Origin: Candidatus Latescibacterota bacterium
Lineage (GTDB): Bacteria > Latescibacterota > UBA2968 > UBA8231
Assembly: GCA_965215195.1 (NCBI GenBank)
Contig: CBDCDC010000002.1
Span: 4,320,001 to 4,384,000 of the forward strand
Direction of reading: 5' to 3'
DNA length: 64,000 bases
The position numbers and the translations under genes are program-made. Below, piece by piece: positions 9,472 through 20,317 of this stretch (position 1 is its first letter; the number at the start of each line of letters is the position of its first letter). The notes beneath the pieces were generated by a model, which did no database searches, was not told the origin of the DNA, and saw only the letters and a list, made by a program, of their open reading frames with translations.

Positions 9472-9981
9472 TCAGTGCTTGACGCGCCGAGCGCCGACAT
9501 AGCGGAGGCGGAAATAAGGGTGGTCGAGCGCGGTAATGGTCGCCCCGGTGCTCACGCCCACGTGGGCGAAGCGCCCCTTGCCGAGGTAAATCCCAATGTG
9601 AGAAACGCCCGGTCCTGAGAAGGTATCTCTAAAGAAAACCAGATCCCCTGATTTGAGGTCCTGCCGTCGGTTGACAGTGCGGCCAACTCGGTATATCTGC
9701 CTAGTGGTGCGAGGCAGTTCGATGCCATAAGTCTGGCGGAAAATGGCGCGGGCAAAGGCCGAGCAGTCCATGCCAGCGCGGGTGGTGCCACCCCACTTGT
9801 AGGGTACGCCGAGATAGCCTTCGACGACGCGAGCGAGGCGGTTGGGGCTGGCGCGGCGGCGTTCTTTGAGTTCGCGCACCACGCTGTCCGAATCCGCGGA
9901 GTCGGCGGTATAACGCGGGGCCGAGCGGATTGAGCAGCTACAGGTGGCGAGGAGGCACAAGCAGAGCAGGCGGCACAACAT
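9472..9981 (-). CDS. NlpC/P60 (C40) peptidase
   Basis: LGVPYKWGG, DCSAF, GDLVFF and HIGIY motifs. Confidence 0.92.
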   Translation of the reverse strand: MLCRLLCLCLLATCSCSIRSAPRYTADSADSDSVVRELKERRRASPNRLARVVEGYLGVPYKWGGTTRAGMDCSAFARAIFRQTYGIELPRTTRQIYRVGRTVNRRQDLKSGDLVFFRDTFSGPGVSHIGIYLGKGRFAHVGVSTGATITALDHPYFRLRYVGARRVKH

Positions 9982-9985
9982 GCGG

Positions 9986-10837
9986 TCATGGATACGAGAA
10001 AAACCCGCGGCCCGTCTTGCGCCCCAGCGCGCCTTGATCGACTAGCTGGCGCAGCAGGGGGCAGGGGCGGTATTTGGGGTTGCCGAAGCGTTGTTCAAAA
10101 GATTCGAGGATGTGCAAGGTCACGTCGAGTCCGACGAAGTCGGCAAGGGCTAGGGGGCCTAGGGGATGGCTCGCCCCCAGCACCATCACCCGGTCGATGT
10201 CTGCGGCGCTGGCCACGCCTTCGGCGAGGGCGTAGATGGCTTCGTTGATCATGGGAAAGAGGATGCGGTTGGCCGCAAACCCCGGGCTGTTGGCGACTGA
10301 GATGGGGGTCTTGCCTAGGTCTTGGGCCAAGGCCATGATGGCGGCAAAGGTCTCGTCCGAAGTCTCAGCTGCGCGCACCACTTCGACGAGGGGCATGATC
10401 GGGGGTGGGTTGAAGAAGTGCATGCCGATTACTTTGTCCGGCCGCCCGGCCGCGGCCGCGAGGGCGTCGATGTCGAGGCCAGAGGTATTGCTGGCGAGGA
10501 TGGCCTCGGGTCGGGCGAGTTGGCCGAGGCGAGCGAAGACCGCGCATTTGAGATCGAGGCGTTCGGGCACGGCTTCGATAACTAGGTCGGCAATGCTCGC
10601 GTCGGCCATATCGTCGATGCCGCGTAGGGCGGCGGTGGCCGCTTCGCTGGCGGCCGGCTCTAATCGACCTTTGGCGGCTTGTTGGCACAGGCGTGCGGCG
10701 ATGGAGGCGAGGCCCTGTGCGCGGGCGCAGGGGTCTGCGTCGTAGAGCAAGACTTCCCGGCTGGCCTGGGCCAAAACTTGGGCAATGCCGCGCCCCATAG
10801 TGCCGGCCCCAATGACGGCAATGCGTTTGAGATTCAT
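9986..10837 (-). CDS. hbd: 3-hydroxybutyryl/3-hydroxyacyl-CoA dehydrogenase
   Basis: GAGTMG, EAVPE, SNTS, GMHFFNP and GRKTGRGF motifs. Confidence 0.88.
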   Translation of the reverse strand: MNLKRIAVIGAGTMGRGIAQVLAQASREVLLYDADPCARAQGLASIAARLCQQAAKGRLEPAASEAATAALRGIDDMADASIADLVIEAVPERLDLKCAVFARLGQLARPEAILASNTSGLDIDALAAAAGRPDKVIGMHFFNPPPIMPLVEVVRAAETSDETFAAIMALAQDLGKTPISVANSPGFAANRILFPMINEAIYALAEGVASAADIDRVMVLGASHPLGPLALADFVGLDVTLHILESFEQRFGNPKYRPCPLLRQLVDQGALGRKTGRGFFSYP

Positions 10838-10980
10838 ATCGTCGCCCGGAGGTGGGTTTTAATCGGCCGTACCATGTTACCCAGTAGCGGCTTACTAACT
10901 AAATATATTGCGGGAGCCAAGAGATCGCCTAGATTGATTGCCTCGCCGCTGGGGCGCAACAATAAAAGCAGGGGAAAATT

Positions 10981-12702
10981 ATGGCAGCAGATCGCGGAAA
11001 ACTGAGGAGCGCCGACTGGTTTGGACGCGAGGACAAAGGCGGGTTCATTCACCGCAGCTGGATGAAGCGCGGCCTGCCCGAACACGAATTCGACGGCCGC
11101 CCGGTCATCGGCATCTGCAACACGTGGTCCGAACTAACGCCGTGCAATATCCACTTCCGCGACTTGGCCGAAGCCGTCAAGCGCGGCGTGTACGAAGCCG
11201 GGGGGTTGCCGGTGGAATTCCCGGTCACCTCGCTGGGCGAGCCCATCATGCGGCCGACGACCATGCTCTTCCGCAACTTGGCGAGCATGGACGTGGAGGA
11301 GTGCATTCGCGCCAACCCGGTCGACGGCGTGGTGCTCCTGACCGGGTGCGACAAGACCACGCCAGCGTGCTTGATGGGGGCGGCCAGCGTAGATTTGCCG
11401 ACGATTGTCGTGCCCGGCGGCCCCATGCTCAACGGCAAGTACCGCGGCAGCGATATTGGTTCGGGAACAGACGTGTGGAAGTTCAGCGAGGACTTTCGCG
11501 CCGGGAAGATGACGCGCGAGGAGTTCGGCCTGGCCGAGGACGGCATGACGCGCTCGGATGGGCACTGCATGACGATGGGCACGGCCTCGACGATGGCCTG
11601 TATGGTCGAGGCCCTCGGCATGACCCTGCCCGGCGGCGCGGCGATCCCGGCCCCGGACTCGCGGCGCAAGGTGCTGGCGCATCTGGCCGGGTCGCGCATC
11701 GTCGAGATGGTGGGCGAAGACCTCAAGATGTCCAACATCCTCGGGCGTACGGCCTTTGAGAATGCCATCAAGGTCAACGCGGCCATCGGCGGTTCGACCA
11801 ACTGCGTCGTCCACTTGCTGGCCCTCGCCGGGCGCGTCGGCGTCGAGTTGTCCTTGGACGACTTCGACCGCCTCGGCAGCGAGCTGCCGCTATTGGTCAA
11901 TTTGATGCCCGCCGGCAAGTACCTGATGGAGGATTTTTATTACGCCGGTGGCTTGCCGGTGGTGATCCAAGAACTGAAGAATTCCCTGCATCTAGACGCT
12001 TTGACGGCGACGGGCCAGTCGCTCGGCGAGAATATCGCCGGGGCAGTCTGCTACAATCGCGCCGTGATTGCGCCGCTAGATGAGCCGTTGATCGAGGCCG
12101 CGGGTTTGGCCGTGCTGCGGGGCAATGTTTGCGAGGACGGGGCGATCATCAAGCCATCGGCCGCCGCGCCCGAGCTGATGCAGCACCGCGGCCGAGCGGT
12201 GGTCTTCGAGACGATTGAGGACTATCACCAACGGATCGACAGCCCGGATTTGGCCGTGGATGAGTCGAGTGTATTGGTCTTGCAAAACGTCGGGCCGGTT
12301 GGCTATCCAGGCATGGCCGAAGTCGGCAATATGGGCTTGCCCAAGAAGTTGCTCGAAAAGGGCGTACGGGACATGGTGCGCATTTCCGATGGCCGCATGA
12401 GCGGCACGGCTTATGGTACCGTGATCCTGCACGTGGCCCCGGAAGCGGCCATTGGCGGCTCGCTGGCGCTGGTGCGCGATGGCGACGCGATCGAGCTCGA
12501 CGTAGCAAGCCGGCGGCTGCACCTAGACGTGCCGGACGAGGAGCTGGCGCGCCGCCGGGCGGCTTGGCAGCCCCCCGCGCCCCACGATACCCGGGGCTAC
12601 GTCAGCCTCTATATCGACCACGTGATGCAGGCCGACAAAGGAGTTGACTTCGACTTCTTGGTCGGCAAGTCCAGTGCCGTTGTAACGCGCGAGGCGCACT
12701 AA
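10981..12702 (+). CDS. IlvD/Edd-family sugar-acid dehydratase (L-arabonate dehydratase-like)
   Basis: SELTPCN, GCDKTTP, HCMTMGTASTM and SDGRMSGT motifs. Confidence 0.9.
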   Translation: MAADRGKLRSADWFGREDKGGFIHRSWMKRGLPEHEFDGRPVIGICNTWSELTPCNIHFRDLAEAVKRGVYEAGGLPVEFPVTSLGEPIMRPTTMLFRNLASMDVEECIRANPVDGVVLLTGCDKTTPACLMGAASVDLPTIVVPGGPMLNGKYRGSDIGSGTDVWKFSEDFRAGKMTREEFGLAEDGMTRSDGHCMTMGTASTMACMVEALGMTLPGGAAIPAPDSRRKVLAHLAGSRIVEMVGEDLKMSNILGRTAFENAIKVNAAIGGSTNCVVHLLALAGRVGVELSLDDFDRLGSELPLLVNLMPAGKYLMEDFYYAGGLPVVIQELKNSLHLDALTATGQSLGENIAGAVCYNRAVIAPLDEPLIEAAGLAVLRGNVCEDGAIIKPSAAAPELMQHRGRAVVFETIEDYHQRIDSPDLAVDESSVLVLQNVGPVGYPGMAEVGNMGLPKKLLEKGVRDMVRISDGRMSGTAYGTVILHVAPEAAIGGSLALVRDGDAIELDVASRRLHLDVPDEELARRRAAWQPPAPHDTRGYVSLYIDHVMQADKGVDFDFLVGKSSAVVTREAH

Positions 12703-12717
12703 CGAAAGGACTAGACG

Positions 12718-13851
12718 GTGAAGATCGCCAAGATCGAACAGTTTTTCCCGCGCCAGCGCATGCGCTTGGTCAAAATTACCACGGACAACGGGCTAGTCGG
12801 CTGGGGTGAAACGACCCTAGAGGGCAAGCCCAAGAGCACTTGGGCCGCAGTAGAGGAGTTGGCCGAATACTTCGTCGGCAAGGACCCACTCCGCATTGAG
12901 CACCACTGGCAGCACGTCTATCGCTCGGCCTTTTTCCGCGGCGGCAATGTGCTGATGAGCGCGCTGTCGGGCATTGACCAAGCACTGTGGGACATTGCCG
13001 GCAAGTACTACAATGTCCCCGCCTATATGCTCTTGGGCGGGGCAGTGCGCGACCGGATTCGCGTGTACGCGCACTGGGGCATCCACGGCCAGACCGACGA
13101 GGCACTCGCGGCGGCGCGGGCGCGGCTCGACGTGCTGAAAGGTTACACGGCCTTTAAGACCGGGCCGGGGGGCACGTGGCGCGCCCACGAGCCACCAGCG
13201 CGAATCGACGCGTTTGTCAAAGACGCCTATACCATGCGCGAATGGGTCGGCGACGAGGTAGAGTTGTGCTTTGACTTTCACGGCAAGATGACGCCGGGGC
13301 TGGCGATTGAGGTGTGTGGCCAGCTTGCGGGGATGCGGCCGATGTTCGTCGAAGAGCCGATTCCGCAGGAGAATGTGGATGCGCTCAAGGAGGTCTCCGA
13401 TCACGTGCCGTTCCCCATTGCCACGGGCGAGCGCCTGCTCTCGCGCTGGGAGTTTCGGGAGATTTTTGAAAAGCAGGCCGTCTCCTACATCCAACCCGAT
13501 GGCTCGCACGCCGGCGGGATCACCGAGCTGAAAAAGATCGCCAATATGGCCGAGGTCTATTACATCCACATCATGCCGCACTGCGCCATCGGCCCGGTGG
13601 CCTTTGCCGCCTGTATGCAGGTTGATGCGGTGGTGCCCAATTTCTTGGTGCAGGAACAGGTCGACGTGGGGTTGGGCGAAGGGCTGCTCACCGCGCCTTG
13701 GCAGGTGATTGACGGCCACATTGAGCTGCCGACCAAGCCGGGGTTGGGGTTTGACTTGATCGAGTCCGAGGTGGAAAAGACGCTCGAGTACACAGAGGAA
13801 TTGGGCGGCGAACTCTACTACGAAAGCGACGGCAGCGTCGCCGACTGGTAG
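12718..13851 (+). CDS. dgoD: Galactonate dehydratase (enolase superfamily)
   Basis: GWGE, SGIDQALWDI, LGGAVRDRI, DFHG, FVEEP and ATGERL motifs. Confidence 0.8.
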   Translation: MKIAKIEQFFPRQRMRLVKITTDNGLVGWGETTLEGKPKSTWAAVEELAEYFVGKDPLRIEHHWQHVYRSAFFRGGNVLMSALSGIDQALWDIAGKYYNVPAYMLLGGAVRDRIRVYAHWGIHGQTDEALAAARARLDVLKGYTAFKTGPGGTWRAHEPPARIDAFVKDAYTMREWVGDEVELCFDFHGKMTPGLAIEVCGQLAGMRPMFVEEPIPQENVDALKEVSDHVPFPIATGERLLSRWEFREIFEKQAVSYIQPDGSHAGGITELKKIANMAEVYYIHIMPHCAIGPVAFAACMQVDAVVPNFLVQEQVDVGLGEGLLTAPWQVIDGHIELPTKPGLGFDLIESEVEKTLEYTEELGGELYYESDGSVADW

Positions 13852-13858
13852 CGTTGCC

Positions 13859-14227
13859 GTGCGCCGCCGCGCGTTTGAGAAGCTGGTGGAAAGGGCCCTT
13901 CAGCACCTGCCAGAAGAGTTTCGTCAAGTGCTGGACAACCTAGCCATCGTCGTGGAGGACTGGCCCGACCCCGCCTTGGTCGAGGAGGTAACCGGCGATC
14001 CAGAGGAAGTGCTCTACGGGCTTTTCACGGGCACACCCCTGCCCGAGCGCCGCCTCGAAGACAGCGGAGACCTGCCGCCGGTAATCGCGCTCTATCAGGG
14101 GCCTTTGGAGGAGGACTTCCCCGAGCGGGGCGAGCTGGCGCGGGAGGTGGAAACGACCTTGGTACACGAATTGGCGCACTTTATGGGCTTTGACGAAGAC
14201 GCAGTTAGAAAGTACGGCTATGAATAG
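13859..14227 (+). CDS. Zincin-like metallopeptidase family protein
   Basis: LYGLFTG and HELAHFMG motifs. Confidence 0.85.
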   Translation: MRRRAFEKLVERALQHLPEEFRQVLDNLAIVVEDWPDPALVEEVTGDPEEVLYGLFTGTPLPERRLEDSGDLPPVIALYQGPLEEDFPERGELAREVETTLVHELAHFMGFDEDAVRKYGYE

Positions 14228-15167
14228 CACCGACTTGCAAAAGGCCATAGACGAGGGCGAGTTAGACGCCTTGGCGACCCTGCTGCGCCAGCACCCGCAC
14301 CTAATGCACCAGCGCGTCGAATGCGCAAACGGGCAGAGCTATACCCCCTTGCAATACGCCGACCGCATCGCCGCTAGCTTGGACGCCATGCGCCTGTTGG
14401 TCGAATTAGGTGCCGATTTGCGCGAATTGAACGGAGTGCTCTTTGGGTGTTGTGAGAACCATAATTTAGACCACATGCAGCGCCTGCTAAAGCTGGGCGT
14501 CCACCCGGACGACGCATACAATGAAGGCTGGGACTGCCGAGTCCTCTACGGGCTTTTGCAGACGTACCACCGCTCGCCCCCCGCCCATCTGCACGCCTGC
14601 GTCGAAGCGCTCATCAAAGCGGGAGCCGCCTTTGAGGACGGGCCGACGATGGATATCCACCGCGGCCGCCTCGACCAACTGGAGCAGTGCCTCGACCGCT
14701 GTCCCGACTTGGTGGAGACGCGCTTCTGGCTCGACTACGGCGACCATCTCACCCTGCGGGGTGCCACCCTCCTGCACGTGGCGGTCGAATATCACGAGCT
14801 AGAGGCCGTGCGCCTGCTGCTGAGGCGCGGTGCCGATTTGAATGCCCGCGCCGAAATCGGCCGCAACGGCGTGGGCGGCCAGACGCCCCTCTTTCACGCC
14901 ATTGGTGCCAACCAAGGAACGGGCTGGGAAACCTTCGAGTACCTGTTGGACAAGGGGGCGGACTTGACGGCCAAGGCACGCATCCAGCGCAACCCGGCGG
15001 CTGACGACAAAGTGATGGACTGCATTCACAAGGGGCAGGATCACTTTTTTCCCGAGGTCGAGGAACTCACGCCGCTGGGCTACGCCCGGCGCTGCGAATT
15101 CGGCCCGGCGTGGCGCTCCACACCGCGCGAAGTGGCCCGGCTGCGGGCACTGCATGCCCCGATGTAA
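14220..15167 (+). CDS. Ankyrin repeat protein
   Basis: TPLQYA, TLLHVA...LLLRRGADLNA and GQTPLFHA repeats. Confidence 0.85.
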   Translation: MNSTDLQKAIDEGELDALATLLRQHPHLMHQRVECANGQSYTPLQYADRIAASLDAMRLLVELGADLRELNGVLFGCCENHNLDHMQRLLKLGVHPDDAYNEGWDCRVLYGLLQTYHRSPPAHLHACVEALIKAGAAFEDGPTMDIHRGRLDQLEQCLDRCPDLVETRFWLDYGDHLTLRGATLLHVAVEYHELEAVRLLLRRGADLNARAEIGRNGVGGQTPLFHAIGANQGTGWETFEYLLDKGADLTAKARIQRNPAADDKVMDCIHKGQDHFFPEVEELTPLGYARRCEFGPAWRSTPREVARLRALHAPM

Positions 15168-15256
15168 TCCGCGCCGCGCTTGGGTAGTTGCTCCTCCCGG
15201 CGATATGGTTTAATTTTTTTCCCTCGCAACACACCACTATCTAAGCAGCTTTTCCC

Positions 15257-16966
15257 GTGAATGTACCTCAACACGACATACTGATCGTCGGCGGCGGCGG
15301 CGCAGGTCTGCGGGCGGCGATTGCCGCTGTCGAGCTCGATCCAAACCTCAGCGTCGGCTTGGTGTCCAAAGTGTACCCTATGCGCAGCCACACGGTGTCA
15401 GCCGAGGGCGGCTCGGCCGCGGTGATACGCGATGACGACAGCTTCGACGGCCATGCCTTCGACACTATCAAGGGCAGCGACTTCCTCGCCGACCAAGACG
15501 TAGTCGAGATCTTTGTCAAGGAGGCCCGCGACGAGCTGATCCAATTGGAGCACTGGGGCTGCCCGTGGAGCCGCGACGACGACGGCCGGATCAGCGTACG
15601 CGCTTTCGGCGGCATGTCGGTCAAGCGCACCCTGTACGCGGCCGACAAGACCGGCTTCCACATGCTGCATGCCCTCTTCCAGACTTCGCTCAAATACGAC
15701 CGCATCCAGCGCTACGACGAGTGGTTCGGGACGCGACTGCTGCTCGACGACAACGGCGCGGCTTGCGGCGTGGCAGCGATCGACGTGCGCTCGGGGGCCA
15801 TGCAGGCGATCCCGGCCAAGGCCGTGATCATCTGCACGGGCGGCGGCGGGCGCATTTTTCCCTTTACGACCAATGCCGCCATCAAGACCGGCGACGGCAT
15901 GTCCATGGCCTACCGAGCGGGCTGCCCACTCAAGGACATGGAATTTGTGCAGTACCATCCCACCGGGCTGCCGGGCACGGGCATCCTGATGACCGAGGCA
16001 TCGCGCGGCGAGGGCGGCTACCTGATCAACAACAAGGGCGACCGCTACCTCAGCGAGTACCTGCCCGACAAGATGGAGCTAGGCCCGCGCGACATGGTTT
16101 CGCGGGCGTTTGTCCACGAGGAGCGAGCCGGTCGGGTCTTTTCCGGCCCGTACGGCACTTACGTCCATCTCGATTTGCGGCACTTGGGCGAAAAGAAAAT
16201 CGACGAGCGCATCCCCTTTGTGCGCGAGCTGACCAAAAATTACGTAGGCATCGATCCCGTGTACGAGCCGGTGCCCGTGCGCCCGGTGGTCCACTACATG
16301 ATGGGCGGCATTCACACTGACATTACTACGGCGACGCCGATTCCGGGCCTGTACGCGGCCGGCGAAACGGCCTGTGTCACCATCAACGGAGCCAATCGCC
16401 TCGGCTCCAACTCGCTGTCCGAGCTTTTGGTCTTCGGCGCTCGGGCCGGCCAGTATGCGGCCGAGTACGCCGCGGAAGCCAAGACACCGCCGTACAGCAG
16501 CTTGGAGCAGATGGCGGCCGATGAGTGGCAGCGGATTGAGAATGCGTTTTTCAAAAACAAAGGCAGCGAGCGAATCGCCGACATTCGCACGGATCTGCAA
16601 AAGACGATGGAGCAAGGGGTGGGCATCTATCGCGAACAGGAGAGCCTAGCGGCGACCTGCGCCGAGCTGCCCAAGCTCAAGGAACGCTATACTCGGGTCC
16701 AGCTCGACGACAGCTCAGCGGTCTTCAACACCGAACTGACCGCCGCTTTGGAACTGGGCTCGCTGCTCGACGTGGCCGAGACCGTAGCCCATGCGGCCCT
16801 TTTGCGCCGGGAGTCGCGCGGCTCGCATTCGCGCATGGACTACGAGGAGCGCGACGACGACAACTTCCTCAGCCACTCCTTGGCGTACCGCACCGATGGC
16901 GAGCCGCGCATCGAATACCAAGACGTCGTCATCACTCGCTGGCAGCCCCAAGAGCGCACCTACTGA
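15257..16966 (+). CDS. frdA: Fumarate reductase flavoprotein subunit
   Basis: [26 protein letters not shown] (FAD-His), [14 protein letters not shown] and RRESRG motifs. Confidence 0.93.
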   Translation: MNVPQHDILIVGGGGAGLRAAIAAVELDPNLSVGLVSKVYPMRSHTVSAEGGSAAVIRDDDSFDGHAFDTIKGSDFLADQDVVEIFVKEARDELIQLEHWGCPWSRDDDGRISVRAFGGMSVKRTLYAADKTGFHMLHALFQTSLKYDRIQRYDEWFGTRLLLDDNGAACGVAAIDVRSGAMQAIPAKAVIICTGGGGRIFPFTTNAAIKTGDGMSMAYRAGCPLKDMEFVQYHPTGLPGTGILMTEASRGEGGYLINNKGDRYLSEYLPDKMELGPRDMVSRAFVHEERAGRVFSGPYGTYVHLDLRHLGEKKIDERIPFVRELTKNYVGIDPVYEPVPVRPVVHYMMGGIHTDITTATPIPGLYAAGETACVTINGANRLGSNSLSELLVFGARAGQYAAEYAAEAKTPPYSSLEQMAADEWQRIENAFFKNKGSERIADIRTDLQKTMEQGVGIYREQESLAATCAELPKLKERYTRVQLDDSSAVFNTELTAALELGSLLDVAETVAHAALLRRESRGSHSRMDYEERDDDNFLSHSLAYRTDGEPRIEYQDVVITRWQPQERTY

Positions 16967-16978
16967 TTGAGAGGAGCT

Positions 16979-17725
16979 ATGAGCGACAAGACCATTGGCA
17001 TCCGGGTGACCCGCTTCCGGCCTGAGCAGGAGGACGCCCCCACCGAGCAGGTTTACGAGGTTCCCTATCAGGAGGACTGGGTCGTCCTCGACGCGCTCAA
17101 CTACATCAAAGACTACATCGACGGCACCCTCTCGTACCGCTGGTCGTGCCGCATGGGCGTGTGCGGGTCTTGCGGCATGATGGTCAACGGCGAGCCTAAG
17201 TTGACCTGCGCGGCCTTCCTCAAGGACTACTACCCGAATGAGCTGGTGGTCCAGCCTCTCGCCCACTTCCCAATCGTTCGCGACTTGGTCGTCGATGTAG
17301 AAGACTTCATGGCCAAGCTCAAGGCGGTCCAGCCGTGGATCATTCGCGCAGAAGAAAAGCCGGTTGCCGAAGGCGAGTACTTGCAGTCGCCCGCGGAGCT
17401 AAAGGAGTTCAAGCAGTTCAGTCAGTGCATCAACTGCCTGCTGTGCTACGCGGCCTGTCCCGTCTATGGGCTGGAAGACGTCTTCGTTGGCCCGGCGGCC
17501 CTCGCGCTTTCCTACCGCTACAACCTCGACTCGCGCGACGAAGGCTACGCCCAGCGCACGGTCGTCGCCGCTAGCAGTGAGGGCATCTGGGAATGTACCT
17601 TTATCGGTGAATGCTCGGTGGTCTGTCCCAAGGACGTGGACCCGGCCGCCGCCATCCAGCGCACCAAGCTCGAGACCACGACTAACTGGTTCAAATCCTT
17701 TCTCATGCCTTGGGGGAACAAATGA
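16979..17725 (+). CDS. frdB: Fumarate reductase iron-sulfur subunit
   Basis: [25 protein letters not shown] and [13 protein letters not shown] Cys clusters. Confidence 0.93.
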   Translation: MSDKTIGIRVTRFRPEQEDAPTEQVYEVPYQEDWVVLDALNYIKDYIDGTLSYRWSCRMGVCGSCGMMVNGEPKLTCAAFLKDYYPNELVVQPLAHFPIVRDLVVDVEDFMAKLKAVQPWIIRAEEKPVAEGEYLQSPAELKEFKQFSQCINCLLCYAACPVYGLEDVFVGPAALALSYRYNLDSRDEGYAQRTVVAASSEGIWECTFIGECSVVCPKDVDPAAAIQRTKLETTTNWFKSFLMPWGNK

Positions 17726-18126
17726 GCCAGTCGTACAAAACCTACAAGCCAAAGCTATCTCCAGCTTGGTGGCTGAAGAGCCGTCGCTACTTCCTGTTTA
17801 TGATGCGAGAATTGAGCAGCGTCTTCATCGCCGCCTTCGTCCTCCTCTTCCTCTACCAGCTCTTTGCGCTGGCCAAGGGGCCGGAAGCGTATGCGGCTTG
17901 CCGCTCTGCACTGGCGAGGCCGGCGTTTGTGGTCTTTTACGCGGTTGCGTTTGTCTTTGCGCTCTACCACACGATCACTTGGCTGGGGGTAATGGGTCGG
18001 GTCCAAGTCGTGCGGATGGGCACATTTACCGTGCCGCCCAAATTGGTAACGGCTGGTGCCTTCGTCGGGTTTTTCTTAGTGTCGGCGGCCGTTGGCTACA
18101 TTTTCCTGTACGCGCTAGCGCCATGA
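17722..18126 (+). CDS. frdC: Fumarate reductase subunit C
   Basis: WWLK...FMMRE and LYHTITW motifs; three TM segments; operon position. Confidence 0.88.
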   Translation: MSQSYKTYKPKLSPAWWLKSRRYFLFMMRELSSVFIAAFVLLFLYQLFALAKGPEAYAACRSALARPAFVVFYAVAFVFALYHTITWLGVMGRVQVVRMGTFTVPPKLVTAGAFVGFFLVSAAVGYIFLYALAP

Positions 18127-18485
18127 GCTACAAACAAGACAAAACCGAACCTTTCTGGTGGAGCCTGTTTTCCGCTGGCGGCGTGGTAGCCGCCATGCTA
18201 ATCCCGGTGCTGATCTACTTCGCCGGGCTGGCCGAGCCGCTGGGCTTGATAGGCGCGGAGGCGAGCCGATACGAGGCCATGCGCGAGTTGCTCAGCTACC
18301 CTCTGGCCAAAGTGTTCTTTTTCGTCGTGGCCGTCCTACCGCTCTACCACGCGGCGCACCGCATCCGCTTCATGCTCCACGAGTTCGGGGTGCGGAAGCT
18401 GATCCTTCCCATTCACTACTTCTGCTACGGCGGTGCCGTAGTCGGCACTGGGCTGGCGGCCTATATCTTCTTCCATCTGCTCTAA
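18123..18485 (+). CDS. frdD: Fumarate reductase subunit D
   Basis: EPFWWSLFSAGG, HAAHRIR and CYG motifs; ATGA overlap with frdC. Confidence 0.88.
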   Translation: MSYKQDKTEPFWWSLFSAGGVVAAMLIPVLIYFAGLAEPLGLIGAEASRYEAMRELLSYPLAKVFFFVVAVLPLYHAAHRIRFMLHEFGVRKLILPIHYFCYGGAVVGTGLAAYIFFHLL

Positions 18486-18617
18486 CTGGACGTGGTCGGG
18501 CAGGTCGTCGCGCAAAACAAGGCCGTGTGCGGATTCGTTGGAGGAGACGATCGCGCGTTTTGTGCGCTTGGCGGCCTCTTAGGCAGTTTCACTAAAGCAA
18601 GGAAAGGAAGAACGTCG

Positions 18618-19040
18618 ATGCCTGTGGGAGACAAAAACGCTATAATCGCCGGTTGTGGGATGCACCACGTGGCCGTGCAGACGCGCGATTGGGAAACGTC
18701 GCTGTGCTTTTACCGAGATGTGCTGGGTATGGAGATCGTCGCCGAATTTGGTTCGCCCGAGCGCAAGATCGCGCTCTTGGACGCGGGTGACGGAAGTCAC
18801 CTCGAACTCTTCGCCCCCACGGCCGAGTCCCCCGCACCTAAAGCCGAAAGCCCCAACGATCCGGTGACGCATTTTGCCTTGGCGGTTACAGACGCACGCG
18901 CCGCCACGGAGCGGGTGCGAGCGGCCGGATGCGAGATCTCGGTCGAACCCAAGGATCTGACGCTGGACAGGCTGAACGTGACGATCGCCTTTTTCAAAGG
19001 CCCCAACGGCGAAGTCGTGGAGTTTTTCCAGACTCACTAG
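18618..19040 (+). CDS. VOC/glyoxalase family protein
   Basis: HHVA...FYRDVLG, HFALAV and FFKGPNGEVVEF motifs. Confidence 0.88.
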   Translation: MPVGDKNAIIAGCGMHHVAVQTRDWETSLCFYRDVLGMEIVAEFGSPERKIALLDAGDGSHLELFAPTAESPAPKAESPNDPVTHFALAVTDARAATERVRAAGCEISVEPKDLTLDRLNVTIAFFKGPNGEVVEFFQTH

Positions 19041-19053
19041 GCCGAGTCGGCAT

Positions 19054-19086
19054 AAAAAAGCGCGGGTGCCCCAAGGCCCCGCGCTT
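19054..19086 (-). terminator. Intrinsic terminator downstream of the csp gene
   Basis: AAGCGCGGG...CCCGCGCTT stem; the A6 run reads as a U tract on the minus strand. Confidence 0.65.
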
Positions 19087-19104
19087 CTCGTGTTTGTGTA
19101 GGGA

Positions 19105-19344
19105 TTATTGCGGAGTTTCGGTTTCAGGGGCCGCGCCGATGACAACCACGTCTCGGGCTTGGAGGCCCTTGGGGCTAGCGACCGTTTCAAATTCCACCCG
19201 CTGACCTTCCTCTAGGGAGCGGAAACCATCGCCGCGAATCGCGCTGTAATGGACGAAGACGTCGTCTTGTCCCTCGCGCTGAATAAAACCAAACCCCTTG
19301 GAACTATCGAACCATTTGACGGATCCACTTTGACGTTCAGACAT
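19105..19344 (-). CDS. cspA: Cold-shock protein
   Basis: GSVKWF, KGFGFI and [12 protein letters not shown] motifs. Confidence 0.93.
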   Translation of the reverse strand: MSERQSGSVKWFDSSKGFGFIQREGQDDVFVHYSAIRGDGFRSLEEGQRVEFETVASPKGLQARDVVVIGAAPETETPQ

Positions 19345-19443
19345 GATGAAGGTTACCTCCCTTCGATTGCTAATGGCATTAAGCTGAGTGTTCCAAGCTG
19401 GGCTTAAGGACGCCGACCAACAGGGTCGGCTTACAAAAGAAAC

Positions 19444-19737
19444 CTAGCGCGAGCTACGTCCACCGGCCCCGCGTCCACCGGCTCCGCGCCCACCGACCCC
19501 GCGCCCACTGGCCCCGTGCGCACCGCGGACGAAGCCGACCTCGGCCATGCGAATGGCCTTCTGCTGCCGGCGGATGCTCTTTTGGCGATTGATCTTCTTC
19601 TGGACCGAGGGTTTAGTATAGAAACGCCGCTTCTTCAAGTCGCGCAATAAGCCGGCTTTGCGGGTTTTGGACGTAAAGCGCCGCAGCGCCTTTTCAAAGG
19701 GTTCGTCCGATCTGACCTCAACGCTAAAATTGCTCAT
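19444..19737 (-). CDS. rpsU: 30S ribosomal protein bS21 with Gly/Arg-rich tail
   Basis: EPFEKALRRF and RRFYTKPS motifs. Confidence 0.88.
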   Translation of the reverse strand: MSNFSVEVRSDEPFEKALRRFTSKTRKAGLLRDLKKRRFYTKPSVQKKINRQKSIRRQQKAIRMAEVGFVRGAHGASGRGVGGRGAGGRGAGGRSSR

Positions 19738-19786
19738 GTGCTGCTCCTAACCCTTGGCTTTTCAGTCTCTACATGAAGAAAATATA

Positions 19787-19815
19787 ATTTTACGCTATGG
19801 GTTGCTCTTAGTCAA
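19787..19815 (-). promoter_or_regulatory. Sigma-70 promoter for rpsU-csp
   Basis: TTGACT-17 nt-TAAAAT on the minus strand. Confidence 0.65.
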
Positions 19816-19980
19816 GAGCCGTCTTGGCGGCAGTGCTGACCCAAGGTAAGGGGGCGATAAAAGTAGTTGCGATTTTGGACGGATGGCCTTTTTTTGTAAA
19901 AAGACTCCCCTACTCAGAGAGAAGTCGTGCGTCGCCGTTCGACTTCTATGCTTCCTCTATATTGCACGTAAGGAGATGCC

Positions 19981-20178
19981 ATGGTTTTTTCGCATACGAA
20001 TTCCAAGGGGGTCGCGTATATTCTGCATTCCCGGACCACGACCCTCAAAAACGGGAACTCGCAGACGATTTACTTCTTTTCCAAAACTGAGAAGGAAGGT
20101 GCTCTCGACGCGGTGCCGGATGGCTATGAGGTGTCTGAGAGCAAAAACGGCCTACCAGTGCTAAAGCGCAGCAAGTAG
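19981..20178 (+). CDS. Small conserved-looking hypothetical protein
   Basis: AAGGAG SD; NSKG..Y.LH...IYFF...NGLPVLK pattern; followed by a strong terminator. Confidence 0.75.
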   Translation: MVFSHTNSKGVAYILHSRTTTLKNGNSQTIYFFSKTEKEGALDAVPDGYEVSESKNGLPVLKRSK

Positions 20179-20201
20179 GTTGCCTCGGCTGCGCCTCGTT
20201 C

Positions 20202-20255
20202 AGGCCGGTTCCTTTTCTCGGTATTCCCCATCGAGAAAAGGAACCGGCCTTTTTT
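20202..20255 (+). terminator. Long-stem intrinsic terminator
   Basis: Perfect 19-bp stem AGGCCGGTTCCTTTTCTCG / CGAGAAAAGGAACCGGCCT followed by a T run. Confidence 0.85.
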
Positions 20256-20317
20256 GTGCCAAAAAGCGGGTGCTGTCGCGCTTTTGCCGAGTGCAGCGTT
20301 GTCCTATACTATGGGGC

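Noticed and set aside
17466-18122. 339-aa ORF suggesting an extended FrdD
   Set aside because: Out-of-frame overlap with frdB/frdC; FrdD starts at 18123.
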